41,106 nucleotides of DNA from Candidatus Amesbacteria bacterium (lineage in GTDB: Bacteria; Patescibacteriota; Microgenomatia; CAZETR01; Amesbacteraceae), in contig JACRNA010000019.1 in the NCBI GenBank assembly GCA_016219445.1, positions 1 to 41,106 of the forward strand, given 5' to 3'. The notes below the pieces were generated by a model, which was not told where the DNA came from, made no database searches, and was given only the letters and a program-made list of their open reading frames with translations. Position numbers and translations under genes: made by a program. Shown piece after piece: positions 10,628 through 17,861 of the stretch (position 1 is the stretch's first letter; the number at the start of each line of letters is the position of its first letter).

Positions 10628-11178
10628 TTTACTACCTCCAATTTTGCCAAAGTATTGGCACTTCCGGGAACAAGCCCCTTTACTAAAATTTTATTTTTTT
10701 CGACATCTACTTCCAAAACCAACAAATTTCGGACTTGGACATTTTGGTTTCCCATTTTACCCGGAGCGTGACGACCTTTGTACAATCTGCCCATTCGGGT
10801 TCCCCCCCCGGATGATCCGGGTGATCTTTCGCGGTCTGACTGGCCATGTGTTCTGGGTCCACCGGCAAAGCCCCAGCGTTTGACTCCTCCGGCAAATCCA
10901 CGGCCAATGGTCAGGTTTGAAATACTGACCATATCGCCTACTTTTATGACTTCATCCAACTTTATAGTTGAATTTGGTTCTAGGATTGTGTCTGTTTTTA
11001 TTTCTTTGAGCTTTTTTATTTTTGCGGTTTTCTGAAGATTGAGGAGAGTTTTTGAAGTACCAATTGGACGAATTACTGTAGTATTGGGGACAATAAGCCA
11101 AGTAGCAGCCATGCGCTTACCCTGCGCATTATAGCGGGCTGTCATGGTATCTTTATAGGCAAAAAAAGTATTGATCAT
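10624..11178 (-). CDS. rplC: 50S ribosomal protein L3 (short, 184 aa)
   Basis: GRGFAGGVKRWGF, THGQSD, PGKMG, VKGLVPG; start at MINTFF (11178). Confidence 0.95.
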   Translation of the reverse strand: MINTFFAYKDTMTARYNAQGKRMAATWLIVPNTTVIRPIGTSKTLLNLQKTAKIKKLKEIKTDTILEPNSTIKLDEVIKVGDMVSISNLTIGRGFAGGVKRWGFAGGPRTHGQSDRERSPGSSGGGTRMGRLYKGRHAPGKMGNQNVQVRNLLVLEVDVEKNKILVKGLVPGSANTLAKLEVVK

Positions 11179-11186
11179 AAGAGCAT

Positions 11187-11208
11187 AAAAAATCCCGCAG
11201 ACGCGGGA
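11187..11208 (-). terminator. Intrinsic-terminator-like hairpin between rpsJ and rplC
   Basis: Minus strand TCCCGC-GTCT-GCGGGA-TTTTTT; the U-tract ends 8 nt before the rplC ATG. Confidence 0.55.
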
Positions 11209-11245
11209 CAAAAATAATGCTGTTTCCGCACTTGCCCTGATTATA

Positions 11246-11554
11246 CTACATCTTCACTTCAATATCCACACCGGCGGGGAGATCCATGTGGGAGAGAGAA
11301 TCAATAGTCTTGTCTGTCGGATCAATAATATCAATTAGGCGCTTATGGACGCGCATTTCAAAATGTTCGCGGGCATTTTTATCGACATGGGGGGAGGTGG
11401 TAACAACTATCAATTTTCTGTCGGTCGGAAGTGGAGTGGGACCTGAGACTTTAGCGCCGGTGGTCAAGGCTGTCTGGACAATCTTAGATGCCGCCTCGTC
11501 GATGACGCGGTGATCAAATGATTTGAGTCTTACTCGTAATCGTCCTTTTGCCAT
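11246..11554 (-). CDS. rpsJ: 30S ribosomal protein S10
   Basis: [43 protein letters not shown]. Confidence 0.97.
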   Translation of the reverse strand: MAKGRLRVRLKSFDHRVIDEAASKIVQTALTTGAKVSGPTPLPTDRKLIVVTTSPHVDKNAREHFEMRVHKRLIDIIDPTDKTIDSLSHMDLPAGVDIEVKM

Positions 11555-11571
11555 ATTTGAAAAGTGCTAAT

Positions 11572-12750
11572 TTATGCCAAGATTTTGGTTACCACACCGG
11601 CTCCGATGGTTCGGCCACCTTCGCGGACAGCAAAACGGTCTCCGACTTCGAGAGCTACCGGGGCAATCAACTTGACAGTCATTTTGGCGTTGTCTCCTGG
11701 CATAACCATTTCTACTCCCGTTGGAAGAGTGGCTTCACCCGTGACATCGGTGGTTCTAATATAAAATTGTGGTCGGTAACCCGAGAAAAATGGAGTGTGT
11801 CGTCCACCCTCTTCTTTTTTCAGGACATAGACCTCAGCTTCAAATTCTGTATGAGGAAGTACCGAGCCAGGCTTGGCCAATACTTGACCACGCTCAACTT
11901 GTTCTTTTTCGACACCACGAAGCAATATTCCGACATTATCTCCAGCCAATCCTTCTTCCAGCTGTTTTCTAAACATTTCGACACCAGTCACTACTGAATT
12001 TTGTGTAGCTTTGATTCCGACTATTTCGATAGCTTCGTTGACTTTGATTCTGCCGCGTTCGATTCTCCCTGTGACTACGGTTCCCCGTCCTTTGATTGAG
12101 AACACGTCTTCGACAGGCATCAAAAATGGCTTTTCCAAATCTCGGATTGGGTCTGGGACATAGGAATCGACTGCGTCCATAAGTTCCAAGATCTTAGCTT
12201 CAGCTTCTGGATCACCTTCAGTGGCTTTGAGTGCTGATCCGCGGATGACCGGAACCTTGTCACCAGGGAATCCATATTTTGTCAAAAGTTCACGGACTTC
12301 CATTTCGACCAGATCCAAAAGTTCTGCTTCGGAAACCATATCGCACTTGTTCATAAAGACAACTACAGCGGGAACATTGACTTGCTTAGCTAGCAAGATG
12401 TGTTCACGGGTTTGAGGCATAGGACCATCGGGAGCTGAAACTACGAGAATGGCTCCGTCCATCTGGGCGGCTCCGGTAATCATGTTTTTGATGTAATCGG
12501 CGTGTCCTGGAGCATCGATGTGAGCATAATGGCGCTTGGCTGTTTCGTATTCTTGGTGAGAAAGATTGATAGTCACTCCACGGGCGCGCTCTTCGGGAGC
12601 AGAATCAATATCTGCATATTTTTTAGCAACAGCCCAGCCTTTTTTGGCGAGGACACAGGTAATAGCAGAAGTCAGAGTAGTCTTGCCGTGATCGACATGA
12701 CCAATTGTTCCGATGTTGACATGGGGCTTGGTGCGCGCAAATGTTGCCAT
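11572..12750 (-). CDS. tuf: Elongation factor Tu
   Basis: [30 protein letters not shown]; start at MATFAR (12750). Confidence 0.99.
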   Translation of the reverse strand: MATFARTKPHVNIGTIGHVDHGKTTLTSAITCVLAKKGWAVAKKYADIDSAPEERARGVTINLSHQEYETAKRHYAHIDAPGHADYIKNMITGAAQMDGAILVVSAPDGPMPQTREHILLAKQVNVPAVVVFMNKCDMVSEAELLDLVEMEVRELLTKYGFPGDKVPVIRGSALKATEGDPEAEAKILELMDAVDSYVPDPIRDLEKPFLMPVEDVFSIKGRGTVVTGRIERGRIKVNEAIEIVGIKATQNSVVTGVEMFRKQLEEGLAGDNVGILLRGVEKEQVERGQVLAKPGSVLPHTEFEAEVYVLKKEEGGRHTPFFSGYRPQFYIRTTDVTGEATLPTGVEMVMPGDNAKMTVKLIAPVALEVGDRFAVREGGRTIGAGVVTKILA

Positions 12751-12760
12751 GATGTTTTGT

Positions 12761-12789
12761 ATTGTAAACAATAAATTTATTTACTGCAA
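12761..12789 (-). promoter_or_regulatory. tuf promoter TTGCAG-17 bp-TACAAT
   Basis: Minus strand; the -10 lies 10 nt upstream of the ATG at 12750. Confidence 0.65.
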
Positions 12790-12798
12790 GGGGGAAAT

Positions 12799-13314
12799 TT
12801 ATTCCATAGTAAGTTCTGGTCCTTTGCCACGAAATGAATTTACAAAGTTTGTAGCCAATTTTTCATCAAAACTTTTCATCTCTAAAATTCTATTCCAGGC
12901 AGTCAAGACTACTGGAAACTTTATTTGCGGATCAATAGTCACTATCAATTTTTTCATCCCCATCTTATTTCCAAATTCTGACAGCGTTTTTCCCAGTTCA
13001 CACTCTGTTGTCGCGCAATTATAGTGAATCACAATATATCCGTGTTCGAGTGAATGAATTAATTTATATTTGTCTTGTGGCGAATTATAAACTCCAGGTT
13101 TTATCCATTCGACATCATGGGGGCCAGAGGTAGGTGGGTATGAATTGTAGACAAACTTATCATTTTCAGTACTTGGCTTATGGTCACGCCCCTGATCATT
13201 GACCACTATTCCTGGCAAATTGGCAATTCTTCGATACATCCAATAACCCAGACCCACAATTACCAAAATTGTCCCAATGACCATTATCAAATTCTTTATT
13301 TTCTTATTCATCAA
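12799..13314 (-). CDS. Membrane-anchored DUF3105-like protein
   Basis: N-terminal TM helix; YNSYPPTSGPH, HSLEHGYIVIHY and LTAW motifs. Confidence 0.85.
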   Translation of the reverse strand: MMNKKIKNLIMVIGTILVIVGLGYWMYRRIANLPGIVVNDQGRDHKPSTENDKFVYNSYPPTSGPHDVEWIKPGVYNSPQDKYKLIHSLEHGYIVIHYNCATTECELGKTLSEFGNKMGMKKLIVTIDPQIKFPVVLTAWNRILEMKSFDEKLATNFVNSFRGKGPELTME

Positions 13315-13535
13315 TTGACGTATTTACTAATTATCTTTGGAAGATCTAGAGTAATTGAATCAAATTTGTTGTCCGGAAGTTTTTTGGATACATCCAAGAT
13401 TTCCATAGAAATTAGTTTATCGCCAGAATAGTCGGCCAAAAAATCCCCACCCAATTCTTCTGTTCGGGTACTATTTTTAGAATCAGAAAATCTGATCATC
13501 ATGGCATCTGATTTTAGATCATATGATATATTCAT
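13311..13535 (-). CDS. DUF2283-like small protein (putative antitoxin)
   Basis: ISYD...DAMMIRF...ADY...ISMEILDVS pattern; TAGAAT lies 9 nt upstream of the ATG. Confidence 0.8.
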   Translation of the reverse strand: MNISYDLKSDAMMIRFSDSKNSTRTEELGGDFLADYSGDKLISMEILDVSKKLPDNKFDSITLDLPKIISKYVN

Positions 13536-13547
13536 AGTCAGTATATT

Positions 13548-13704
13548 CTATACTTTTAACCTAGACTTTGCAAACCAATAAGCAGTAATTACTACTGCCA
13601 TCTTTATCAGTGTAAGTATCAAATCTCATTATGGGAATATCTGGATAGCCTGCCGAGAGACCTGCTGACACGTGGGCCAATGAGTTCATCAAGTTTCCAA
13701 CCAT
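13548..13704 (-). pseudogene. Chimeric remnant: DUF2000-like fragment joined out of frame to a DUF4258-like toxin C-terminus
   Basis: 13704-13561 encodes MVGNLMNSLAHVSAGLSAGYPDIPIMRFDTYTDKDG...; a second frame (13601-13548) encodes AVVITAYWFAKSRLKV*, resembling the end of toxins found upstream of DUF2283 genes. Family names are from recall. Confidence 0.45.
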
Positions 13705-13786
13705 GTCTTTATTTTATCATCTTTTTTAAACGACAGAGTTTACGCACGTGCGCGTTGAATGTAAAAATAAAGTATCAAACCAGATC

Positions 13787-13805
13787 AAAAAGGCGTGGCC
13801 TTTTT
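13787..13805. repeat. Palindrome family B, copy 1: AAAAAGGC-GTG-GCCTTTTT
   Basis: 8-bp arms with a 3-nt loop; 17 nt recur exactly at 15142. Confidence 0.85.
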
Positions 13806-13818
13806 AAGCACCTTAATA

Positions 13819-13874
13819 TTGACAATACGTGCGATATTATTTAAAATAAAGGACGTAATGTTACATTACGTCCT
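13819..13874 (+). promoter_or_regulatory. Promoter TTGACA-17 bp-TAAAAT plus an 11-bp perfect inverted repeat (operator or hairpin)
   Basis: TTGACA 13819-13824, TAAAAT 13842-13847, AGGACGTAATG-TTA-CATTACGTCCT 13850-13874. Confidence 0.75.
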
Positions 13875-13880
13875 AAATAT

Positions 13881-15125
13881 ATGAACATATCAGACCAATT
13901 GCGTCTCCAGAATCCTTGGTGGACTGATCCAAATTATCAACCTACCGAAGCTCGCCTACCAAAACGAGAGCTATTTACGCAATTAATACACGATACTACC
14001 ACCCTAAAACAGATGATAAGTTTGACGGGGATGCGCCGAACTGGCAAAAGTACTTTAATTCGTCAAATAATTGCCAGTTTATTGGCTAATACCCCAGTAA
14101 TTTCAATCATGTATTTTTCTTTTGATGAACCAACCGTGCGCGAAGAGAAAGATACACTGGAAAAATTACTCACAGTTTATATACAAAATATATTGCATAA
14201 GCAAATCCATGAAATTAGTGAGACTTGTTACATCTTTTTGGATGAGATTCAACTTGTGCCATATTGGCAAGATATTCTTAAACGTTATTATGATCTAAGT
14301 CAGCACCTAAAATTTGTGCTCACAGGTTCTTCGAGTCTCTTTTTACGTACTAAATCCAAAGAGAGTTTGGCTGGACGGATATTTGAAAAACAATTGCCTC
14401 CATTATCCTATATGGAATATCAAACCCTTTTATCAAAAGGCTCATTTGATGAATATTTAGATTTTGGAGGGTTCCCAGAACTATTGGAACTGAATGACAT
14501 TTCTAAAAAGAGAGAGTATCTGAAATACTGGATAATTGGCAAAATTTTGGAAATAGATTTACCAAACCTCGGTGGGGTACGTTTAGTGGCCGAGTTTGAA
14601 CGTTTATTCTGGTCGCTACTGCCAAACACAAGTCAAATTATTCATTTTCCTAAATTGGGAGCTGAATTAGGAATCAAAAGAAATACTTTATTTAGGTATT
14701 TATCTTTATTACAAGGGTCTTTACTTATTAATGGCGTAGCGAATATTGCGGGCAGCTTCCGTTCTACCAGTCGAACATTACGCAAGCTTTATCCAGCCAG
14801 TCCAAACTTTTTAGCACTGTCACCCACTGAGTCGACTCCCGGAGCTCAAGCTGAGACATATGTTGCTCAAACTTTAATCAATAAATTTGGCACAGTCAAT
14901 TTGTATCACAAACGGGAAAAAGAAGTGGATTTTGTTTTGCCCGAGCAAAAAATGGCCATTGAAGTTAAATGCCAAAATACAATTCACAAAGAAGATTATA
15001 AATTTTTGATGCAATTTACCAAGGAAAAGAATTATCAACCACTTCTAATCACCAAATATCCAATTGTAGAATCTTTGCCTGTTCCAACTGTGGAATTATC
15101 GAAAATAGAAGAATATTTTAAATAA
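13881..15125 (+). CDS. AAA+ ATPase, AAA_14 / DUF4143 type
   Basis: QNPWW start, GMRRTGKS, IFLDEIQ, TGSS, ESLAGR, GGFPE, and C-terminal EVDFV...AIEVK. Confidence 0.9.
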   Translation: MNISDQLRLQNPWWTDPNYQPTEARLPKRELFTQLIHDTTTLKQMISLTGMRRTGKSTLIRQIIASLLANTPVISIMYFSFDEPTVREEKDTLEKLLTVYIQNILHKQIHEISETCYIFLDEIQLVPYWQDILKRYYDLSQHLKFVLTGSSSLFLRTKSKESLAGRIFEKQLPPLSYMEYQTLLSKGSFDEYLDFGGFPELLELNDISKKREYLKYWIIGKILEIDLPNLGGVRLVAEFERLFWSLLPNTSQIIHFPKLGAELGIKRNTLFRYLSLLQGSLLINGVANIAGSFRSTSRTLRKLYPASPNFLALSPTESTPGAQAETYVAQTLINKFGTVNLYHKREKEVDFVLPEQKMAIEVKCQNTIHKEDYKFLMQFTKEKNYQPLLITKYPIVESLPVPTVELSKIEEYFK

Positions 15126-15141
15126 GGCTAAAAAGAGGTTT

Positions 15142-15158
15142 AAAAAGGCGTGGCCTTT
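15142..15158. repeat. Palindrome family B, copy 2: AAAAAGGCGTGGCCTTT
   Basis: Exact 17-nt direct copy of 13787-13803, 16 nt after the ATPase stop. Confidence 0.85.
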
Positions 15159-15175
15159 CAAAAGACGATGTTGCC

Positions 15176-15207
15176 TTGACAACAACAACAACAACAACAA
15201 CTAACAT
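15176..15207 (+). promoter_or_regulatory. Promoter-like TTGACA-20 bp-TAACAT whose spacer is a perfect (AAC)7 tract
   Basis: TTGACA 15176-15181, (AAC)7 15181-15201, TAACAT 15202-15207, then 6 nt and ATG 15214. Confidence 0.6.
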
Positions 15208-15213
15208 GGAGCC

Positions 15214-15459
15214 ATGCCTACAGAAAAAGTTATTATACTTAATCCTGCTGATATTGACCTGAGAGGAGAAAGAGCTGTATCTTATTATAATTACGCTGAA
15301 TTACTACAAGATATTGTTGACAGTTCGATTGTTCAAGAACCAAATACCGCTGCAACTAAGGACAACATCAAACGGATTTATAAGGTTCTGTGTAAGGCAC
15401 GAAAACAATCTGGAAAAGCTGTGTTGAGGATGTTTGCTAATACTGGAGTAGGTTTGTAG
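15214..15459 (+). CDS. Hypothetical 81-aa protein
   Basis: ORF fills the gap up to the fusA stop (1-nt gap, convergent) and has a promoter-like element at leaderless spacing; no recognised family. Confidence 0.6.
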   Translation: MPTEKVIILNPADIDLRGERAVSYYNYAELLQDIVDSSIVQEPNTAATKDNIKRIYKVLCKARKQSGKAVLRMFANTGVGL

Positions 15460-15460
15460 T

Positions 15461-17572
15461 TTATGTTTGTGTTTTCCCCGACTTGGCGATTATGCCTTCA
15501 GCAATGTTTCTGGGAACTTCTTCATAGTGAGATGGCTCGATATAGGGATTAGCCCGGCCTTGGGTGATGGAGCGCAATTTGGTAGTATAGCCGGAAAGCT
15601 CGGCCAATGGCACAAAGGCATTGATAATTGTCAATTTGCCACGGGTTTCTGTAGCTGAGATCTGGGCTCTTTTTGAAGACAAGTCACCTATGACATCGCC
15701 CATATATTCCTCAGGGGTAGTCACTTCCACTTTCATGATAGGCTCCAAAAGACACGGATCGGCATTTTTGGAAGCATGTTGAAGGGCCATTGATCCTGCA
15801 ATTTTGAAAGCCATTTCCGAAGAATCGACATCGTGGTATGAACCATCAAACAAGGTAATTTTACAATCTACTAGAGGATAGCCAGCTACTACCCCATTTT
15901 CCATAGCCTCCACAATTCCTTTTTCAATTGGAGTAATAAATTCCGATGGAATCGATCCGCCCTTGATAGCATTGACCCATTCATAGCCAGCTCCACGGGT
16001 TAGAGGCTCGATTTTGATAAAACAATGCCCATATTGACCACGGCCTCCGGATTGCTTGATATATTTTCCTTCACCTTCGGCCAATTTTCGCACTGTTTCT
16101 TTGTAAGCTACTTGGGGAGCACCCGTGGACGCTTCGACTTTAAATTCGCGTTTCATGCGGTCGACAATAATTTCCAAATGCAGCTCGCCCATACCCGCGA
16201 TTATGGTCTGGCCTGTCTCGGGATTGGATTTGATTCGGAAAGTTGGATCTTCATCGGAAAGTTTAGACAGTGCATATCCCATTTTTTCCTGGTCTGATTT
16301 AGTCTTGGGTTCAATAGCCAGAGAGATAACAGGCTCAGGAAAAGTAATAGATTCCAAGACGATTGGATTGTCTTTGTCACAAAGTGTATTGCCAGTCACA
16401 GTATCGCGAAGTCCAACTAAGGTCACAATTTCACCGGCATAAGCTGCGTCTATTTCTTCACGCTTGTTGGCATGCATCAAAAGCATCCGTGAGATCCGCT
16501 CTTCTTTGTCTTTGGTGGCGTTATAAATGGGCTGTCCGGATTTCAGAGTCCCTGAATAAATACGGACATAAGTCAGGCGGCCCACATGAGGATCGGTCTG
16601 AATTTTGAAAGCCAAGCCACAGAAAGGTTGTTCATTAATCGTCTGCCGGACCACTTTTTCACCACTTCTGGGATGGACACCATTGACATGATCGACATCG
16701 ACAGGAGATGGCAAATACTCAACGATGGCATCCAAAAGTGGCTGAACACCTTTGTTGCGTAATGATGCTCCTGCATAGACCGGAACCAATTTGTAAGCAA
16801 TAACCGCCTTGCGAAGAGCAATTTTTAATTCAGTTATTGTTGGCTCTTCGCCATTGAGGAATTTTTCCAAAAGGACATCGTCAGTTTCACAGATCTGTTC
16901 AATTAGTTTTGTTCTCCAAGTTTCGACAACGTCTAACATATCAGCCGGAACTTCTTCTTCGGTAAACTTAGCTCCAGTTTCATCACCGTGCCAAATAATG
17001 GCTTTTCTTTCCAAAAGTAAAACTACCCCCTTAAACAAATTTTCGGCTCCTATAGGGTAAGCCATGACAGCAGGATTGGCTCCCAATCTTTCGATGACAG
17101 CTTTAATTGTGCCTTCAAAATTGGCTCCAAGTTTATCAACTTTGTTTACAAAGATAATACGGGGAACTTTGTATTTATCAGCCTGTCTCCAAACTGTTTC
17201 AGTTTGTGACTGAACTGTTTCCTCAGCATCGAGAATTGTAACGGCGCCATCGAGAACACGCAGTGAGCGCTCGACTTCAGCAGTAAAATCGACGTGTCCT
17301 GGAGTATCGATCAGATTGATGCGCACACCCTTCCAAAAAGTTGTTGTGGCGGCGGAAACAATAGTAATCCCTCTTTCTTTTTCTTGTTCCATCCAGTCCA
17401 TTTGGGTATCGCCCTCATCAATATCGCCAATTTTGTAACTTTTACCGGTATAAAATAATATTCTTTCTGATGTCGTGGTTTTTCCGGCGTCAATATGGGC
17501 AATTATGCCAATATTCCGCACCCTGTCGAGCGGTATAGTCCTGTTAGTCGTTTTAATGTCACTTGCAGCCAT
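15461..17572 (-). CDS. fusA: Elongation factor G
   Basis: RNIGIIAHIDAGKTT, DWMEQEKERGITI, DTPGHVDF, GMGELHL, QSGGRGQYGH, HDVDSSEMAF. Confidence 0.99.
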   Translation of the reverse strand: MAASDIKTTNRTIPLDRVRNIGIIAHIDAGKTTTSERILFYTGKSYKIGDIDEGDTQMDWMEQEKERGITIVSAATTTFWKGVRINLIDTPGHVDFTAEVERSLRVLDGAVTILDAEETVQSQTETVWRQADKYKVPRIIFVNKVDKLGANFEGTIKAVIERLGANPAVMAYPIGAENLFKGVVLLLERKAIIWHGDETGAKFTEEEVPADMLDVVETWRTKLIEQICETDDVLLEKFLNGEEPTITELKIALRKAVIAYKLVPVYAGASLRNKGVQPLLDAIVEYLPSPVDVDHVNGVHPRSGEKVVRQTINEQPFCGLAFKIQTDPHVGRLTYVRIYSGTLKSGQPIYNATKDKEERISRMLLMHANKREEIDAAYAGEIVTLVGLRDTVTGNTLCDKDNPIVLESITFPEPVISLAIEPKTKSDQEKMGYALSKLSDEDPTFRIKSNPETGQTIIAGMGELHLEIIVDRMKREFKVEASTGAPQVAYKETVRKLAEGEGKYIKQSGGRGQYGHCFIKIEPLTRGAGYEWVNAIKGGSIPSEFITPIEKGIVEAMENGVVAGYPLVDCKITLFDGSYHDVDSSEMAFKIAGSMALQHASKNADPCLLEPIMKVEVTTPEEYMGDVIGDLSSKRAQISATETRGKLTIINAFVPLAELSGYTTKLRSITQGRANPYIEPSHYEEVPRNIAEGIIAKSGKTQT

Positions 17573-17582
17573 AGCTTCGCAA

Positions 17583-17611
17583 ATTGTATCAGAAGTCCCT
17601 CGCTCTCACAA
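17583..17611 (-). promoter_or_regulatory. fusA promoter TTGTGA-17 bp-TACAAT (with TG extension)
   Basis: Minus strand; the -10 lies 10 nt upstream of ATG 17572. Confidence 0.65.
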
Positions 17612-17614
17612 TCG

Positions 17615-17794
17615 CTATTTTGTTTGGTTTAATTTAAGTCGGAAAAGTTTAGAACACCTTATTTCAAGTTCATGCCAAACATTAAGCCAAAAAATTCACC
17701 CAATTTTATCCTTTTGATTATTGACTATTTGCGCATTATACTCAGCTTCCTGACGAGCTCTCGCAAGTTGCCCATATTCTTCTTCCAATGACAT
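17615..17794 (-). pseudogene. Orphan microprotein ORF (32 aa), or a 59-codon frame broken by an in-frame TGA
   Basis: MSLEEEYGQLARARQEAEYNAQIVNNQKDKIG*(TGA 17698-17696)IFWLNVWHELEIRCSKLFRLKLNQTK*; preceded by a near-consensus promoter. Confidence 0.45.
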
Positions 17795-17800
17795 TAGGTG

Positions 17801-17829
17801 ATTCTAGTTGTTATTATTGTTGTTGTCAA
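17801..17829 (-). promoter_or_regulatory. Promoter TTGACA-17 bp-TAGAAT with an AAC/AAT-repeat spacer
   Basis: Minus strand TTGACA-ACAACAATAATAACAAC-TAGAAT-CACCTA-ATG. Confidence 0.75.
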
Positions 17830-17857
17830 GTTAGCACTCGGGAAGTATAATTGCTAC
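17823..17857 (+). promoter_or_regulatory. dnaJ promoter (TTGTCA-17 bp-TATAAT) overlapped by a degenerate CIRCE (HrcA operator)
   Basis: TTAGCACTC-N9-AATTGCTAC at 17831-17857: left arm 9/9 and right arm 6/9 to the CIRCE consensus; directly upstream of a chaperone gene. Confidence 0.7.
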
Positions 17858-17861
17858 AAGT

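Noticed and set aside
13743-13752. CGCACGTGCG 10-bp palindrome
   Set aside because: Short and single; chance cannot be excluded.
13787-15158. Family B copies as a target-site duplication of an insertion sequence
   Set aside because: The enclosed gene is not a transposase and the repeat is itself a hairpin; kept as a cassette-boundary or terminator hypothesis instead.
17696-17698. UGA-to-Gly recoding (genetic code 25)
   Set aside because: TGA ends several clear genes (AbiEii-like, rpsE, rplX, vapC) and long conserved genes have no internal TGA.
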